Assembly (NCBI GenBank): GCA_004431415.1 | Contig: QPMI01000429.1 | Coordinates: forward strand, 1 to 64,000 | DNA from: Cyanophora paradoxa CCMP329 | Lineage: Eukaryota > Plantae > Glaucophyta | Length of the DNA stretch: 64,000 nt | Reading direction: 5' to 3' | In this document: positions 60,201 to 64,000 of the stretch, one piece after another | Numbering within the stretch: the stretch's first letter is position 1 | How the letters are laid out: each line of letters begins with the position of its first letter | The notes under the pieces: model-generated | Database searches by the model: none | What the model was told of the DNA's origin: nothing | The model's input: only the letters and a program-made list of their open reading frames with translations | Translations under genes and position numbers: made by a program

Positions 60201-63200
60201 AGAAGACGGCCGCGAGCCGCCCGTCATCGAACTGCGACGAGGCTTCACATTACAGAACACAGGCAGAATGCATAATTAGAGACGGACGGCGTAGAAGACA
60301 GCGACGGCGGTGCCGCCTCCACCGACGAAGTACAGAACGAGGGAGGCCTGCAAAGGTGTCGGGGGGAGGGATTGCATCAAGATCGGGGGACCGCGGACGA
60401 GGGCCATTTGCGAGATGGAGGCCGACATGAGGGAGTACGAGGCCTGGAACTTGTACGCGTACACCAGCAGCGCCAGTCCCTGCACAGAATGTCGCCCAGA
60501 AAATCCGAAAGAGAGCAACCGCGAAATACCTGTGAGGTTGCAGCTGCGAAAAAGAGAGAGACGTAGAGTGCAATGTTTAGACAGATGCCGACGGTTGGCT
60601 CTAGTTTGCGAGAGTTGAAGGGACCAACACCCAGTGCCGCGAACAGAGTAAGTTGCAGTAGAAGCGGTATCTGACGAGAACGAATTATAAACCTTCCTAT
60701 CTGCAGAGAATAAATGCCGTTCAAACCTGAAAAAAGACACCGTCGATGAACTTTTTGATGTGAAGCGTAATTGATCCCTTGACTGTCGGCTGACGGGGCG
60801 CAGGCCAAAGGATGTCGGGGTCTGGATCCTCCTCGATCAAGCGCCTCCGTACCTGCGAAAACGAGTTTTGGCCACGTGCGCCACGCAGCTCAATGCAAGG
60901 AAAGAAAGTAAATCCTGTCTGCATGCACCCGCTCATGGAGGAGGTTCTCGCAGAGTCTGTACTTCGACAGGCCGAATACGCGCTCAGCTTGCTCTCCACG
61001 CACGCCCATCCATTCCAAGTAGAACGCTATAGATGGGCGTATCGATGAGAAATCTATAGAAACAAAAGTACGACGTTTATCTCCATGTGACGCACTCGTT
61101 GCGTCGGTTATGTTGACGAAGTCTGCACGGGAAGCGAATGATCAGCAGCTGAACTGCACCTCCATTGAAAGGAAATTAAAACGAACATGGAGAGGACAAA
61201 GCTCGGTCCCGGCACGTCACCTCCAGCTCGTCGAATGCACTGCGCTCGATCAGCGGGCGTGTCCATGCTTTCCGACAAACCTCGCTCACCATGCTCGGAG
61301 AGCCGCAATCGGGGCTGCGATCACATCCCGCGCGGCGGCGCCCGGTGGACTGCAGCACACGTCGCAGCCGACGGCGAGCGCAGCCAGCAGCGGCCGCAGC
61401 GTCTCCGCCATCACCTTGGGCTGCCACAGTGACCGCCGCACCAACTGCAGCCACGGGTCGTCCGCCCCGCGCTCCTCAGCCTGTCGAATCGCCTTCGTGC
61501 TGCGCTGCGTGAGCGGCGCTTCAAGATCGACGGGCGGGGTGCGCACGTGGCGCGGCCCCGCGCAGAGCTCCGAAGGCCGTGCGAGGACAGTCGGGCGAGC
61601 GCGGCCGCCAGGACGCAGCGCTCCACCGATGCGAGCGCCGTCCGCTCCTCTGGGGGCAGGCGCTCGTCACGCTCCACCGCCTCCGCCCGCGGCGCGCAGC
61701 TCAGCACCAAGGCCTGCAGACCGCGCCGGTCAGGCATGCGTCTGCGAAATATCATGAAAGCAGGTCCATCTCATACCTGGAGCTCTCGTAGCGACGCGAG
61801 GAGGACCTCCGCCCGCGTCGTGTCGCTCAGGGGCACCGCCTCGCGGCTGTCACTCTCTTCGTCCCTCCCCGACGGCCGCCGCGCCATCGCGCTCTGCCGC
61901 ATCCGTTGGCGGCAGAAGGGTGAGGGGAGAACAGAAAATGCAAGCGCACCAGCAGCCGCGCCTGCGCCGGCGGGTAGCCAGCAGCGCGCAGCGCGCAGAA
62001 GAGGACCGCCTCCGCCACGTTTGGGTGCGCATGCGGCTCCGGCGGCCGCCGCACGTACACTGCGCCACTAATCACGTCGGCGCCAGCAGACGCCGCTGGG
62101 GAGGACGGGCACCGTGCAGGGCGGGCGGGTCGGCCTCGATCTCCGCGACGGCAAAGAACCGCTGCGGGCCCTCCGCTGTGTCCACCGCGAGGCTCACGTG
62201 GTCTGGCCCAGCCACGTCATCGCAAATGCGCGTTTAGACCGAAAGGCGCCGCACCCGAGGACCAGACGTGGACAGTGGGCCCCGGACGGCCCTCGCCCCT
62301 CCGCAGTGCCTCCACCACCCGCTGCAGCAGCCGGAAAGGCGCCGCCCCCGCGAGCGGGCCGCTGGCCGCGAACGGCCCCAGCAGTGGAGCGTGGGGCGAT
62401 GCATCTGCGGCCGCCGCCTCCAGCAACGCGATCGCCTCCCGCATTTCTAGCTGTAGCAGCGGTCGCTGCGGGTTCTTCTCCGTCCTGCGGCGCGTCAACG
62501 GCTCCCGCGTGACCGCGGTGCATTTCCGCACCACGCACCCGCCCTCAAAGGCCTGCACACGGGCTCAGTTATGGCGGGCGGCGCGAGAGTGGAAACGAAA
62601 GCCTTCACCTCCGCAACGCGAGGGGCGGAGATCTGCAGCAGCGTGCCGCCGATGCGCAGGGCTCGCTGGACAGCGATGACTCGCCGTATCGCCGCCTCGC
62701 TCGGCACCCCGCAGCAGAGCTCCCACTGCCCGATCGCCGCCGCCCCGCCGCCCCAGCCCCAGTCGCTCGCGCCTGCGTCCTCCGGATCCCCCGTCCACGT
62801 CGCCGGAAGCTGCAGCGTCGTCGACACGACGCCGCTCTGGGCATCGTTGTCCGTGCTGCCCGCGAGCTCAGACATGACATCACTCTCCGCGGCCGCCGCC
62901 TGATGCAGGAGGGTGACCGCCTCCCGACCCGCGCCGGCCTCCTCGAGCGCCGCTGCGCTCTCCGCTAGCCACGCCGTCCACTTCCGCTCCGCTTCCGCTG
63001 CGCCGCACTCGTCATTGCGCGCCAGCACCGAGAAAGAAGGGCAGGACGCACGGCGCTCGGCGAGGCGATGGGCGGCGGTGGCGAGGGCTTCGGCAATCGG
63101 CGCGGAGAGGCATGAGGTGGCCGCCGCCGGCCCCCCCGCCTCCTCGCGCGTGAGCAGATGCTCGGGGACGCCCGGCAGGCCTCCCGCCCGCTCCCCCGCG

Positions 63201-64000
63201 GCGTCCAAGCGCCGAACCTGCCGCGACTTCCCGTGAGCGGCCCGCGCGATATCGATGCGGCCAAAAGGCGACGGACCTGTGGGTCCGAGGAGAGGAGGGC
63301 CAGCGGCGAGGGCCCGAGCCGCAGCGGGCGGACGGCGCCGAGGTCCTTGAAGGTCGGGTCGCTCGAGAAGTAGCCCGCGATGGGGTACTCGCTCGTCAGG
63401 TTCGCGAAGCGCCGCACCACCTCCGGCCGCGCGTGCTGCTCGCTCGGCGCGACGCCCACCGCCAGCACCACGAACCCCGCCCGCGTCCGCATCTCCTCCA
63501 GCAGCTGCCGCCCGGCCCCGTCAGCGGCGCCCCTTGCGCCTCGCGATCGCCCCGCGCAGCTTACCTCGTCGCGGTACTCCCGTGTCTTCCGCCACGCCTC
63601 GCCGTACCAGACCCTGCGAGGATCCGGTGGTCCGGAGTCAGCAGTCGCCGTCGGCGCTGGATCGGGGTCGGGGCGACGCGCACCGCGGCGAGCCGTCGGG
63701 GTTTATGCAGAGGTCCGTGAGGAGGACGCCCGCAAGCAGCGCGCGGGCCGCTGGCTGCCGGAAGACCGCCGGCCCGTCCTCGAGGAAGAGCAGCGGGCGC
63801 TCGCCGAGGGGCTTCTGCTCTGCCAGCTGCTCCAGCAGGGCCGCCACCGCGCTCGGCGACTTGGCCGACTCCACGCCCGCGAGCAGCACTCCATCGAATC
63901 CTTTCGCCTCCGCCTCCTTCCAGCGCTCTGCGCACTCGGCGTCGGCTCACGGGCGCACTTTTGATCCCGCGCCGCCAGCGCACCGAAGACGTCTTCGGCA
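48285..64000 (-). CDS. GT4/Gtb3-like giant glycosyltransferase; copy 2 (5' end beyond window)
   Basis: Collinear with copy 1 at ~17.7-kb offset (e.g. 34395 vs 52137; ~46200 vs ~63930); same SEGLPLALGEA motif at ~51600. Confidence 0.8.

Larger units (their letters stand above)
30666..64000. repeat. Tandem segmental duplication, unit ~17.7 kb
   Basis: Long near-identical exon blocks and diverged introns between 30.9-46.3 kb and 48.6-64.0 kb. Confidence 0.95.

Noticed and set aside
30662-64000. Numerous long overlapping R/P/A/G-rich ORFs on both strands
   Set aside because: Stop-poor shadow frames of very GC-rich DNA; only minus-strand exons give recognisable motifs.
12189-64000. Functional link between the viral lectin-like fibre and the host GalNAc-type synthase nearby
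   Set aside because: Specificities of both are unverified and proximity is most simply a chance insertion site.
1-64000. tRNA or rRNA genes; host species assignment
   Set aside because: No RNA gene recognised by eye; composition and intron style suggest a GC-rich protist or alga but do not identify it.

Overview
The window has two sharply different halves. (1) Bases 1-20078 are AT-rich, intronless and gene-dense, and look like an endogenous Polinton-like virus (PLV; double-jelly-roll virus lineage). It encodes an AEP-primase/D5-like SF3 helicase, an A32/FtsK-like packaging ATPase, a probable major capsid protein, two divergently transcribed minor capsid (penton)-like genes, a patatin-discoidin fusion, five fibre/adhesin-like genes (four share one N-terminal module but have different tips), a Zn-ribbon protein and an S-adenosylmethionine decarboxylase. 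Many genes are broken by small indels. The right end is layered: two ~390-bp repeats rich in GAGTC(A/C)AC motifs, four ~32-bp palindromes, then a 73-nt hairpin exactly at the virus/host junction, which cuts an ORF. A related motif block lies at 24-134, just past the helicase stop. No protein-primed polB, integrase or protease is visible in the window. (2) Bases 20079-64000 are GC-rich eukaryotic DNA with many short GT-AG introns. They hold a Harbinger-type MITE, an R2R3-Myb gene, a CotA/LPR1-like multicopper oxidase, and a ~17.7-kb tandem duplication of a very large multi-exon membrane glycosyltransferase (GT4/PelF-like, resembling fungal galactosaminogalactan synthase Gtb3). All family assignments come from motifs recognised by eye; no database searches were run.
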